IMG/VR virus record: IMGVR_UViG_3300007606_000015
Coordinates: 1 to 33,990 of that record
Reading direction: 5' to 3' (one strand)
DNA length: 33,990 nucleotides
Origin: a virus
Taxonomy: Duplodnaviria > Caudoviricetes
The stretch's first letter is position 1, and each line of letters begins with the position of its first letter. The notes beneath the pieces were generated by a model. The model was not told the origin of the DNA and searched no databases. It saw only the letters and a program-made list of their open reading frames with translations. Below, one piece after another: positions 8,130 through 15,292 of the stretch. The position numbers were made by a program, and so were the translations under genes.

Positions 8130-8888
8130 ATGGCAACACATCGAACCATCAACATCAACCCAGGCATCATCGTCTGCACCGAAAGCATGACTGTCACCAT
8201 CGACCAAATGGCGTTCTTCCAATGGCCTTGGTCTGGCAAAGCATGGCCTGGCAAAACGGATTCGCTCCATTCGGTGCGATTCGCCTTTGAGGAGAATGGC
8301 GAGAAGGACATCACCTTGGTGGACATCACCAATGACGCAGGCCATGACGAGGCCATGATGAATGCGATGGCACAGGACGCCAAGGCCATCCTGGTCGCCT
8401 GCTTACATGGTTGCGATTTTGCTGTGCGTAATCTTTTTGCAGATCGATGGCATTCGTGCCTGGAGAACGCCAAGGACGCAGGCCATCGTGCTGGTGCAGA
8501 TTCCGCAGAATGGATCGCCCAAGAATCCTTTGGTGGTCGCACCAAGGACAAGGAGATCGTGCCCAATGCAAAGCGATTCCTGGCGATGCATGAGGAAGGC
8601 GATCCTGCGTTGTATGATGGTCTGCCATGTTCGCCACTATCTGGCGAATACGCAGGCGATACTACTGCCAAGGACGCAGTTTGCGATGCGTTGAATCTCA
8701 ACGATTCGTCCTATGATGCGTTGCATGATTTCGCCCAGGCCATCGATATGGAAGATTCGCTCGAATCGTTGAAGGATCAAATCTGCTCGTCCTATGAGGA
8801 AGCACATTCTGACGCCATGATGTCTCGCCTGGTCGAGATTGCTCAAGGAATCGTCACCAACGACAACGAGAACAACGCCACCAAGTAA
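8130..8888 (+). CDS. Hypothetical acidic (probable early) protein
   Basis: 252 aa, D/E-rich; leader motif. Confidence 0.8.
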   Translation: MATHRTININPGIIVCTESMTVTIDQMAFFQWPWSGKAWPGKTDSLHSVRFAFEENGEKDITLVDITNDAGHDEAMMNAMAQDAKAILVACLHGCDFAVRNLFADRWHSCLENAKDAGHRAGADSAEWIAQESFGGRTKDKEIVPNAKRFLAMHEEGDPALYDGLPCSPLSGEYAGDTTAKDAVCDALNLNDSSYDALHDFAQAIDMEDSLESLKDQICSSYEEAHSDAMMSRLVEIAQGIVTNDNENNATK

Positions 8889-8898
8889 TTTTTCCACC

Positions 8899-9348
8899 AT
8901 GAAAAAACCCACCACCATGAAAAAAGAAATTAGTCGTTCCGAATTGGTCGCCCGACTCAAGGCCACCAAAGCGAAATTAACGAAAGCGGAAAACTCTTTT
9001 CCGCCATCCACCAAAAGAGATTTGCACGATCTGCAAGAATCTGTCGCCCATGCGGAAAATGATTTGATGAATCATGACAGCAAAAACAAACCCACCACCA
9101 AGGTGGCGTTGGGCGATGTCCAGCGTGCTGTGATTATCCAGACGGCCACCATTGGCGAACAAACATTCGCCTGGTGGTCAGACGATGATCGCTTCCTGGT
9201 CGCCATCGATGGCGTTGGCCTTGGTGCTGATGCGTGCAAAGCATGGTTTAAGGAATGGTTCACCATCCAACCAGGCCAGGAGATTAATGTCCATTCGTTG
9301 AAGCAGGACGCAGGCGAGACATTTGTAGTCCAGATTCGAACCAAGTAA
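8899..9348 (+). CDS. Hypothetical (probable early) protein, possible two-gene fusion
   Basis: Start 8899 or 8917, both CCACC-ATG; internal leader-like relic at 9081-9102. Confidence 0.7.
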   Translation: MKKPTTMKKEISRSELVARLKATKAKLTKAENSFPPSTKRDLHDLQESVAHAENDLMNHDSKNKPTTKVALGDVQRAVIIQTATIGEQTFAWWSDDDRFLVAIDGVGLGADACKAWFKEWFTIQPGQEINVHSLKQDAGETFVVQIRTK

Positions 9349-9359
9349 TTTCCACCACC

Positions 9360-9641
9360 ATGCACGAAATCAAAACCACCAAGGACATCGCTGAAATGTT
9401 GATGTCACAACGAAAAACCAAAAACGAGAAAAGGGGAAAGCACAGTTTCCTCTTTGGCATTACATCGCTTGCGGCGACCAATTACGATCCACAGGATTGG
9501 GTCGATTCGTTGAAGATCGCAAACGACATGATTGATTCCGAATTGCTCCAGGTTAAGGAATCGGGCCAACGCATCACCAAGCGGAGATTCGTCCTAGGTC
9601 TGCTTCTCCTTGGCCTGGATGCCCACAAGCAAAATCGATAA
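9360..9641 (+). CDS. Hypothetical (probable early) protein
   Basis: Leader motif; 93 aa. Confidence 0.7.
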   Translation: MHEIKTTKDIAEMLMSQRKTKNEKRGKHSFLFGITSLAATNYDPQDWVDSLKIANDMIDSELLQVKESGQRITKRRFVLGLLLLGLDAHKQNR

Positions 9642-9645
9642 CACC

Positions 9646-10017
9646 ATGAGCGAACGAAACGAAATTGCCATGACGACCGAACAGGCGACCGAGATCGTTG
9701 ACGGATTCCTTCACCTGGTGCGTGGGCGATCTGCTGTGCGTCTGGATTTCCGAGATTATGGCGAACGAGAGTTTTATCTCCAAGATCGCAACACCATCAG
9801 ACGCCAAACCTTGGCGTTCGATAAGTCCTGGCGAGAAATTAAATGGCGGAACAAGCACGATCTCGCCTGTGCGTTGATTGTGGCGTGCAAACCTTCTCGC
9901 ATCGAATGGAACGCAGAAAAGAAAACCTGGTCGTACTGCGTTGGATTATATCAACCCACCGAGATTCGTTGTGCTGGTGAATCCGTAGTGAAGCAGGCCA
10001 AGCGAATCCTGGGATAA
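9646..10017 (+). CDS. Hypothetical (probable early) protein
   Basis: CACC-ATG at 9646; 123 aa; followed by terminator. Confidence 0.75.
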   Translation: MSERNEIAMTTEQATEIVDGFLHLVRGRSAVRLDFRDYGEREFYLQDRNTIRRQTLAFDKSWREIKWRNKHDLACALIVACKPSRIEWNAEKKTWSYCVGLYQPTEIRCAGESVVKQAKRILG

Positions 10018-10049
10018 CGATCTAACGACAGTCATTAGTCCATGCCAAC

Positions 10050-10082
10050 AGGCCACCATGCGAATGGTGGCCTTTCTGCTTT
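10050..10082 (+). terminator. Intrinsic terminator of the island operon
   Basis: AGGCCACCAT-GCGA-ATGGTGGCCT 10-bp stem, GNRA loop, then TTCTGCTTT. Confidence 0.75.
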
Positions 10083-10089
10083 ACCCATA

Positions 10090-10495
10090 TGCCAACCCAC
10101 AGCACGCACAGCACCGACAACCAGGCGACAACGCCAAGCGATCGCCTGCGTGCCTTCCTGCGTCCTTCTGGCGTCCAGGCCATGCCACGCATCGCATCGC
10201 CTGCTGTCTTGCCTTGTGAGGCCACGCAGACGCCACGAATGGCCTATGGCGTTGCCTATGGCCTTGCCCAATTTGATGGCCTGCGTGCCTCCCAGAACCC
10301 TTTTGATGGTTTCGCCCATGTCCTTGGTCGCATCGAACAATCAAATGGCCTCAAAATCGACTTTAGACGCCATTCCAGCGATCGACCACCAGACGACCAG
10401 GCGACCAAGCCAGACGCCAGGAGAACATGAACAAGCGACCACATGAACCATCGTTCACCATGAACAGACGACCACCATGAACAATCGTTCACCAT
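10090..10495. repeat. Second GC-rich non-coding repeat block
   Basis: Shares words with 5660-6030; CATGAAC at 10426, 10442, 10459, 10476; ATCGTTCACCAT twice. Confidence 0.65.
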
Positions 10496-10499
10496 TTCG

Positions 10500-10800
10500 A
10501 TGGGTTTATAATATGACAAAAATACTCATGATTAAAATCCGAATCATGACCATTTTAATCATGTATTGCCAGGTCATGATTCAAATCCGAGGGGTCGGCA
10601 GGGCCGATTCATTGAGGGGGGGGGAGGGGGTGGGCGGGATTTTCAAAATCTATTATTTCAAAAAAGTTTTTGGCGGCGAATCTCCGTATTTTTGCGTAGG
10701 TTAATCGGGTTAATCTACGCAGGACATTACCGAACGGTAACATAAAGCGTCAAACTTGGCGTTTTTGTGTCAAAAGTTACCGAACGGGAATGTCGTGTTT
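10500..10800. promoter_or_regulatory. Structured non-coding segment: AT-rich direct repeats, G-tracts, operator-like palindromes
   Basis: TCATGATT(A/C)AAATCCGA at 10526 and 10574; G9-A-G5-T-G3-C-G3 at 10616-10638; hairpin 10693-10721; TTACCG-AA-CGG(T/G)AA twice. Confidence 0.55.
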
Positions 10801-10939
10801 AATCAATGCCCGCTTGGTTATAATGATGTTTTTAGAATCATTTTCTAGGTTGGTTAACCCGCCGAGAATGGCGTCCCAAATATATTGCGACCCTTTTTTT
10901 TTCGAGAAAGACATTTCCCCCCTGGGGTATATTTTCCCC

Positions 10940-10967
10940 TTGCGTGTGAGCATTACAAGGGCACGAT
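10940..10967 (+). promoter_or_regulatory. Putative promoter TTGCGT-N16-CACGAT
   Basis: Ends 9 nt before ATG of first replication-module gene; shared geometry with other plus-strand starts. Confidence 0.45.
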
Positions 10968-10976
10968 GCGTAGCCT

Positions 10977-11444
10977 ATGAACCACATCGCATCATTGGCC
11001 ATGACGCTGGCCGCTATGAACCCTGCTGATCGAGAGAAAGCGGAGATGGTCGTGCTGTCTAACTGTGTAGCCTCCGTGGAAAGCGGGATGGACTACAAGG
11101 CTATTGGTGACGGCGGAAAGGCGGTCGGGGCGTGGCAGATGCACTTGGTTGCTTGGATTACGGCCAATCAATGGCGTACGGCAAACGGCTTGGCGACCAT
11201 CAAGCGTTCGGAATGGAAGCACCCAGAGAACCAGCGTGCGATGGCTATTTCTTATTTGAACTGGTGCAAGGAGCAGTTGCAAAAGAACGGCATCAAGGAG
11301 CCGAGCGTGGAGCAAATCTACATGGCCTACGGCTGGGGCTTCAGCAACTTCAAGGACTCTGGGTTCGACATGGAGAAGGCACCCGCCCACAAGCGTGATG
11401 CCGCCCAGCGGGTCGGGAACATCTTTAAGGAACTTACAAAATGA
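10977..11444 (+). CDS. Lysozyme-like / lytic transglycosylase-fold protein
   Basis: VASVES catalytic Glu motif, AIGDGGKAVGAWQMH, later AYGWG motif. Confidence 0.75.
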   Translation: MNHIASLAMTLAAMNPADREKAEMVVLSNCVASVESGMDYKAIGDGGKAVGAWQMHLVAWITANQWRTANGLATIKRSEWKHPENQRAMAISYLNWCKEQLQKNGIKEPSVEQIYMAYGWGFSNFKDSGFDMEKAPAHKRDAAQRVGNIFKELTK

Positions 11445-11722
11445 TTGACGGCGATATGGATGGATATACAACACTCCTCTACCAACAAAACGAGGAACTT
11501 GAACTTATGCTCCAAACCCAATCAGACGAAATCGAGAAACTTAATGAGAAGGTTAAACTTCTTAAACAAAAACTTTCCATCATTAAGAAATCTGGCGACA
11601 AGATGTATTTATTTATGGAGTCGATGATCGAGGACTCCATGTTCCATGATAAGACTTTTGATAAAGCCAACCAGGTTTGCGGACATTGGCATGAAACAAA
11701 GCAATTTGTTAAGCGGAAATGA
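11441..11722 (+). CDS. Hypothetical coiled-coil protein
   Basis: Coupled ORF, heptad pattern, AT-rich. Confidence 0.7.
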   Translation: MIDGDMDGYTTLLYQQNEELELMLQTQSDEIEKLNEKVKLLKQKLSIIKKSGDKMYLFMESMIEDSMFHDKTFDKANQVCGHWHETKQFVKRK

Positions 11723-12399
11723 AAACCTTGATTTATGAAAATGGCTTACTTGAGCGTAAGGCCGTAGGAATTACCAATGGTGTGTTATCCCTTACGGAAT
11801 GTCCTGCACATGAGGCTGATGAATACATTATCAAGCACCACTATTCGCACAAGGCCACGAATAACCGTTTTTTAAGTTTAAGAGTCAATGAAGGAAAAGA
11901 CGATGGTGGTTATATCCAACTTGGTTACGGCATTAGACCATCAATCAAACACACCATTTCGAAACACATTACAAAGGACAATTATTGTGAGTTTGACCGA
12001 ATGTGGCTATCGGATGCGTTGCCAAAGATGTCGGAAAGCCAAGTGATAGCGTTGTTGCTTTCGTATATCCGACAATGCTACAAAAAAATCAAGTTTATCA
12101 TCACTTACGCAGACAGTACGGCTGGAAATAAAGGAACCATTTACAAGGCGACCAACGCCATCATACTTGAGCCGATTAAAGCCGATCTATATATATTGGC
12201 CAACGGCGAGCGTGTTCATCCTGTAACGATGTGGCACAGGCACAAAACACGGGCTTGGGATAAAATGAAGGAATTGTACCCAGGAATTATAAGGCCGAAG
12301 GGAGTTCAGTTCAAGTTTCTATACATTTTGGATAAAAAAACATTAAGAAATTACACCAAAGAACATAATCAAAAAAATGAAGAACTACCTTGCGATTGA
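11719..12399 (+). CDS. Mom-family (GNAT fold) DNA adenine modification protein
   Basis: IIKHHYSH, EFDRMWLSD, SESQVI, IITYAD..G..GTIYKATN match Mu Mom-like proteins. Confidence 0.8.
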   Translation: MKTLIYENGLLERKAVGITNGVLSLTECPAHEADEYIIKHHYSHKATNNRFLSLRVNEGKDDGGYIQLGYGIRPSIKHTISKHITKDNYCEFDRMWLSDALPKMSESQVIALLLSYIRQCYKKIKFIITYADSTAGNKGTIYKATNAIILEPIKADLYILANGERVHPVTMWHRHKTRAWDKMKELYPGIIRPKGVQFKFLYILDKKTLRNYTKEHNQKNEELPCD

Positions 12400-12808
12400 C
12401 CCTGGTGCCTCTGGTGGCTGGGTATTTAAAATGGGCGACGATGCCTGCACCTCTGGGGGCATTACCGAACTGGTGGACTTGCATTTCCCGTTAAACACAG
12501 TCGTGGTGCTGGAGAATGTACCGCCCTTTGTTGGTCGGGTCATCCCCTCATCGGCGGCGTTCAAGTTGGGCAAGTCCTGCGGCTGGCTGGAGGGCTACTT
12601 CACGGGTAAGGGCTTTGCGGTCGTGCTGGTGCGTCCCCAGGAATGGCAAAAGACTATGGGGGTCGGCACCAAGGGTGCGTCCTCCACTTCGGAGTGGAAG
12701 AACAAGTTGAAGGCCGAGGCCCAACGCCGTTTCCCTTTGAATACGATCACGCTGAAAACTGCTGACGCTTTTTGCTTGCTTGCCCACGCACGCCAGTTCA
12801 ACCTGTAA
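12377..12808 (+). CDS. RuvC-like Holliday junction resolvase
   Basis: LAIDPG.SGG, VVLE, SAAFKLG, V.PQEW.K, ADA motifs. Confidence 0.85.
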   Translation: MKNYLAIDPGASGGWVFKMGDDACTSGGITELVDLHFPLNTVVVLENVPPFVGRVIPSSAAFKLGKSCGWLEGYFTGKGFAVVLVRPQEWQKTMGVGTKGASSTSEWKNKLKAEAQRRFPLNTITLKTADAFCLLAHARQFNL

Positions 12809-12818
12809 AACTTCCACC

Positions 12819-13040
12819 ATGACAATCACCGAAATCGCTAATACAAACTATGTCGTCCTACCAGACGGCACCGTTGCCCGCAAACTCACGCCGACCTTGA
12901 AAAAAGGCGGACTCTATTGGTTTCTCCATGTGGGGGAGCCTTCCAAGTTGGTACGCTTTACCGACAAGGAAGTGATTGATGCCGAGGCTATGAAGAACAA
13001 AATTGAAAAGAACTCCGCTGGCCAGGAAGCCATCGCCTAA
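12819..13040 (+). CDS. Hypothetical protein
   Basis: TTCCACC-ATG at 12819; 73 aa. Confidence 0.7.
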   Translation: MTITEIANTNYVVLPDGTVARKLTPTLKKGGLYWFLHVGEPSKLVRFTDKEVIDAEAMKNKIEKNSAGQEAIA

Positions 13041-13041
13041 C

Positions 13042-13818
13042 ATGAGCCAACCTAACGAAGAAGCGGCAAACCTCCCTGCAACCATTCAGACTGCTGAACT
13101 TGGCAACATCGCTATGTATGACCGCATCACCGACCCGATGCAGGCCATTAAGACACTCGGTGCCGCCATCTTTAAGTCGGGCATCTTTGGCGTGGACAAG
13201 CCCGAGATCGGCGAAGTGCTTGCGATGCAGTGCCTGGCCGAACGCAAGTCCCCGCTGGAACTCGCACGAACCTATCACTTCATTGAAGGCAAGTTGGCCA
13301 TTAAGTCGGACGCCCTGCTTGCCAAGTTTCAGATGGCTGGCGGTACGGTGAACTGGACGACCCGCAACGACAAGTTGGTGGTCGCCACCTTTAGCAACAA
13401 GGGGTCGAGCGTTGAGATCGTAGCCGCCTTTGAGGATTTCGAGAAGAAGGGCATCGTGTTTGGTAAGGACGGAAAGACGCTCAAGGACAACTGGCGTAAA
13501 TGGCCCAAGCAAATGCTGACGGCTCGGGCGATCTCCGAGGGCGTACGCTTGGTAGCCCCAGAGTGTGCCTTCATCACAGTTGAAGAACTTGACCACAATA
13601 CCAAGGCTACGGCCATTGAGGTGGTCGCAACGCTCGACTCTATTATCCCAGAGTTCCAGCGGGATGCCGCCGTCCGAGTGCTACGCAAAGTTGGGCACTT
13701 GACGGACACCCAATCCTGGGCAGACATTCCCAATGAGTTGGCCAACACTTTGAGCCATCCCAAGCGTTCGCAGGCTTTTGCCTCCGCCGTCAAAGCCGAA
13801 TACGAATCCAACCTATGA
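13042..13818 (+). CDS. RecT/Red-beta-like single-strand annealing protein
   Basis: FIEGK, W.KWPKQML.ARA...R...PE motif; next to RecE-like nuclease. Confidence 0.75.
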   Translation: MSQPNEEAANLPATIQTAELGNIAMYDRITDPMQAIKTLGAAIFKSGIFGVDKPEIGEVLAMQCLAERKSPLELARTYHFIEGKLAIKSDALLAKFQMAGGTVNWTTRNDKLVVATFSNKGSSVEIVAAFEDFEKKGIVFGKDGKTLKDNWRKWPKQMLTARAISEGVRLVAPECAFITVEELDHNTKATAIEVVATLDSIIPEFQRDAAVRVLRKVGHLTDTQSWADIPNELANTLSHPKRSQAFASAVKAEYESNL

Positions 13819-13940
13819 CCATCACCATCGACCCAGAAAGTTTCAAGCAACTCTGTTTGCTTGCCATCGGCACGCTGGCCTTCGCCACCTTGTTGTCCTT
13901 TGTGGTCATCAAGGTCATCACCGACTGGAACAACAAATAA
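13815..13940 (+). CDS. Small membrane peptide
   Basis: Not in track; MTITIDPESFKQLCLLAIGTLAFATLLSFVVIKVITDWNNK, ATGA-coupled, fills the gap. Confidence 0.65.
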   Translation: MTITIDPESFKQLCLLAIGTLAFATLLSFVVIKVITDWNNK

Positions 13941-13950
13941 TTTCCCTACC

Positions 13951-14733
13951 ATGAGTCATACTGACTATAATGAAATGAAGGCACTCAACTATTCGGGTGC
14001 CAAGCAAATCCTCGTTAGCCCAGCCCATTACCAGGCGTGGCTCGATGAAGTCCGTGAGGAGACGCCAGCCTTGAAGTTAGGCCGTCTCGTCCATCTGGCT
14101 TCGTTGGAACCAGAAGTGTTCGACCGCACCGTACGGCTTATGCCAGAGTGTGATCGCCGCACCAAGGAGGGTAAGGCCATCTTTGAAGCCTTTACCGCTA
14201 CGCTAAAGGCTGGCGAGGAGTGTCTTAAAAAGGACGAGATGGACGAGGTGATGGCGATTGCGGAGTCTGCCCAAGCAGGCATCGAGAGTATCGCCAATGG
14301 CCGTGAACTAGCACGCATGAAAGAAGAAGTCGTGACGGGCAAGCATGAGGGCGTAAACATCAAGGGACGACCCGACCTAGTGTTGACTAACGGCTCCACC
14401 TCTATCCTGGTGGACATCAAGACCACTATGGACGCATCGGCTGATGCCTTCTCCAAGGATGTGGCCAAATACAAATACCACCTACAAGCCGCCTTCTACA
14501 TGAAGATGACGGGTGCCAAGGAGTTTTACTTTGTGGCCGTAGAGAAGAAGAATCCTTTTGAATGGGCTGTGTATAGCCTTGATGAAGCGGCACTTGAGTC
14601 TGGCAAGCGAATGATGACGAGTGCGTGCTTGACCTACCGAGAGTGTTCCCTCTATAACAACTGGCCAGGGTACTCCAAGGAACCCAAAACGATCAGCCTG
14701 CCAAAGTGGGCGTTCTTTAACGAGGAGTCCTAA
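13951..14733 (+). CDS. RecE/exonuclease VIII-like PD-(D/E)xK nuclease
   Basis: SPAHY, G..VH...LEP, KGRPD, VDIKTT, YHLQAAFY, FVAVEK. Confidence 0.88.
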   Translation: MSHTDYNEMKALNYSGAKQILVSPAHYQAWLDEVREETPALKLGRLVHLASLEPEVFDRTVRLMPECDRRTKEGKAIFEAFTATLKAGEECLKKDEMDEVMAIAESAQAGIESIANGRELARMKEEVVTGKHEGVNIKGRPDLVLTNGSTSILVDIKTTMDASADAFSKDVAKYKYHLQAAFYMKMTGAKEFYFVAVEKKNPFEWAVYSLDEAALESGKRMMTSACLTYRECSLYNNWPGYSKEPKTISLPKWAFFNEES

Positions 14734-14754
14734 TTTTCCCCCAAACAAAACACC

Positions 14755-15195
14755 ATGAGCATCAAGTCATTCAACCCAAAAGCCGCAGAGTCCACGAACT
14801 GGATTTCCAAGGCTGGCACCTACGAAGTCACCGTCCGTGGCTTTGAGGCCAAATACACTAAAAACGCCGACTACTACGCCAAGTTCACCTTCGTGACGGA
14901 AGGTGGCGAAGCGACCAGCGGCGTCATCTACGCCAAGCCCGACCGCAACGGCAACCACATTGGCCTTGAGTCTTTCATGGCGGCTACGGCCACCGATGAC
15001 GAGATTAAGGAATATGTGGAGGCTGGGGAGATCAGCGTGGACGAAGCGTTCCTTGAGCGTATTTCTACCCGTTCCAAGGGTCGCCACCTTACCGTGGTCG
15101 TGACCGAGCGTGAGTACGAAAAGGACGGCCAGAAGAAGAAGTTGTATGAGGCTTCCTTCTTCCGCCGCCTCCCGAACGGCCCAGGAGCGTTTTAA
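14755..15195 (+). CDS. Putative ssDNA-binding protein (OB-fold, DUF669-like)
   Basis: GTYEVTV start, beta-rich pattern, terminal F, position after recombination genes. Confidence 0.6.
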   Translation: MSIKSFNPKAAESTNWISKAGTYEVTVRGFEAKYTKNADYYAKFTFVTEGGEATSGVIYAKPDRNGNHIGLESFMAATATDDEIKEYVEAGEISVDEAFLERISTRSKGRHLTVVVTEREYEKDGQKKKLYEASFFRRLPNGPGAF

Positions 15196-15219
15196 AGGCT
15201 TTTCTATATCGTTGTTACG

Positions 15220-15243
15220 GGGGGGCAAGTGCCCCCCTTTTTT
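15220..15243 (+). terminator. Intrinsic terminator
   Basis: GGGGGGC-AAGT-GCCCCCC followed by T6. Confidence 0.85.
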
Positions 15244-15247
15244 GTGC

Positions 15248-15275
15248 TTGCGTGGGATGGTTGTGGGTGTAGGTT
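15248..15275 (+). promoter_or_regulatory. Putative promoter TTGCGT-N16-TAGGTT
   Basis: Directly after terminator, before helicase. Confidence 0.45.
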
Positions 15276-15292
15276 CTTTAATACCACCACAT

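Noticed and set aside
10022-10704. ORFs in the second repeat block
   Set aside because: Downstream of the terminator, mutually overlapping, no credible start context
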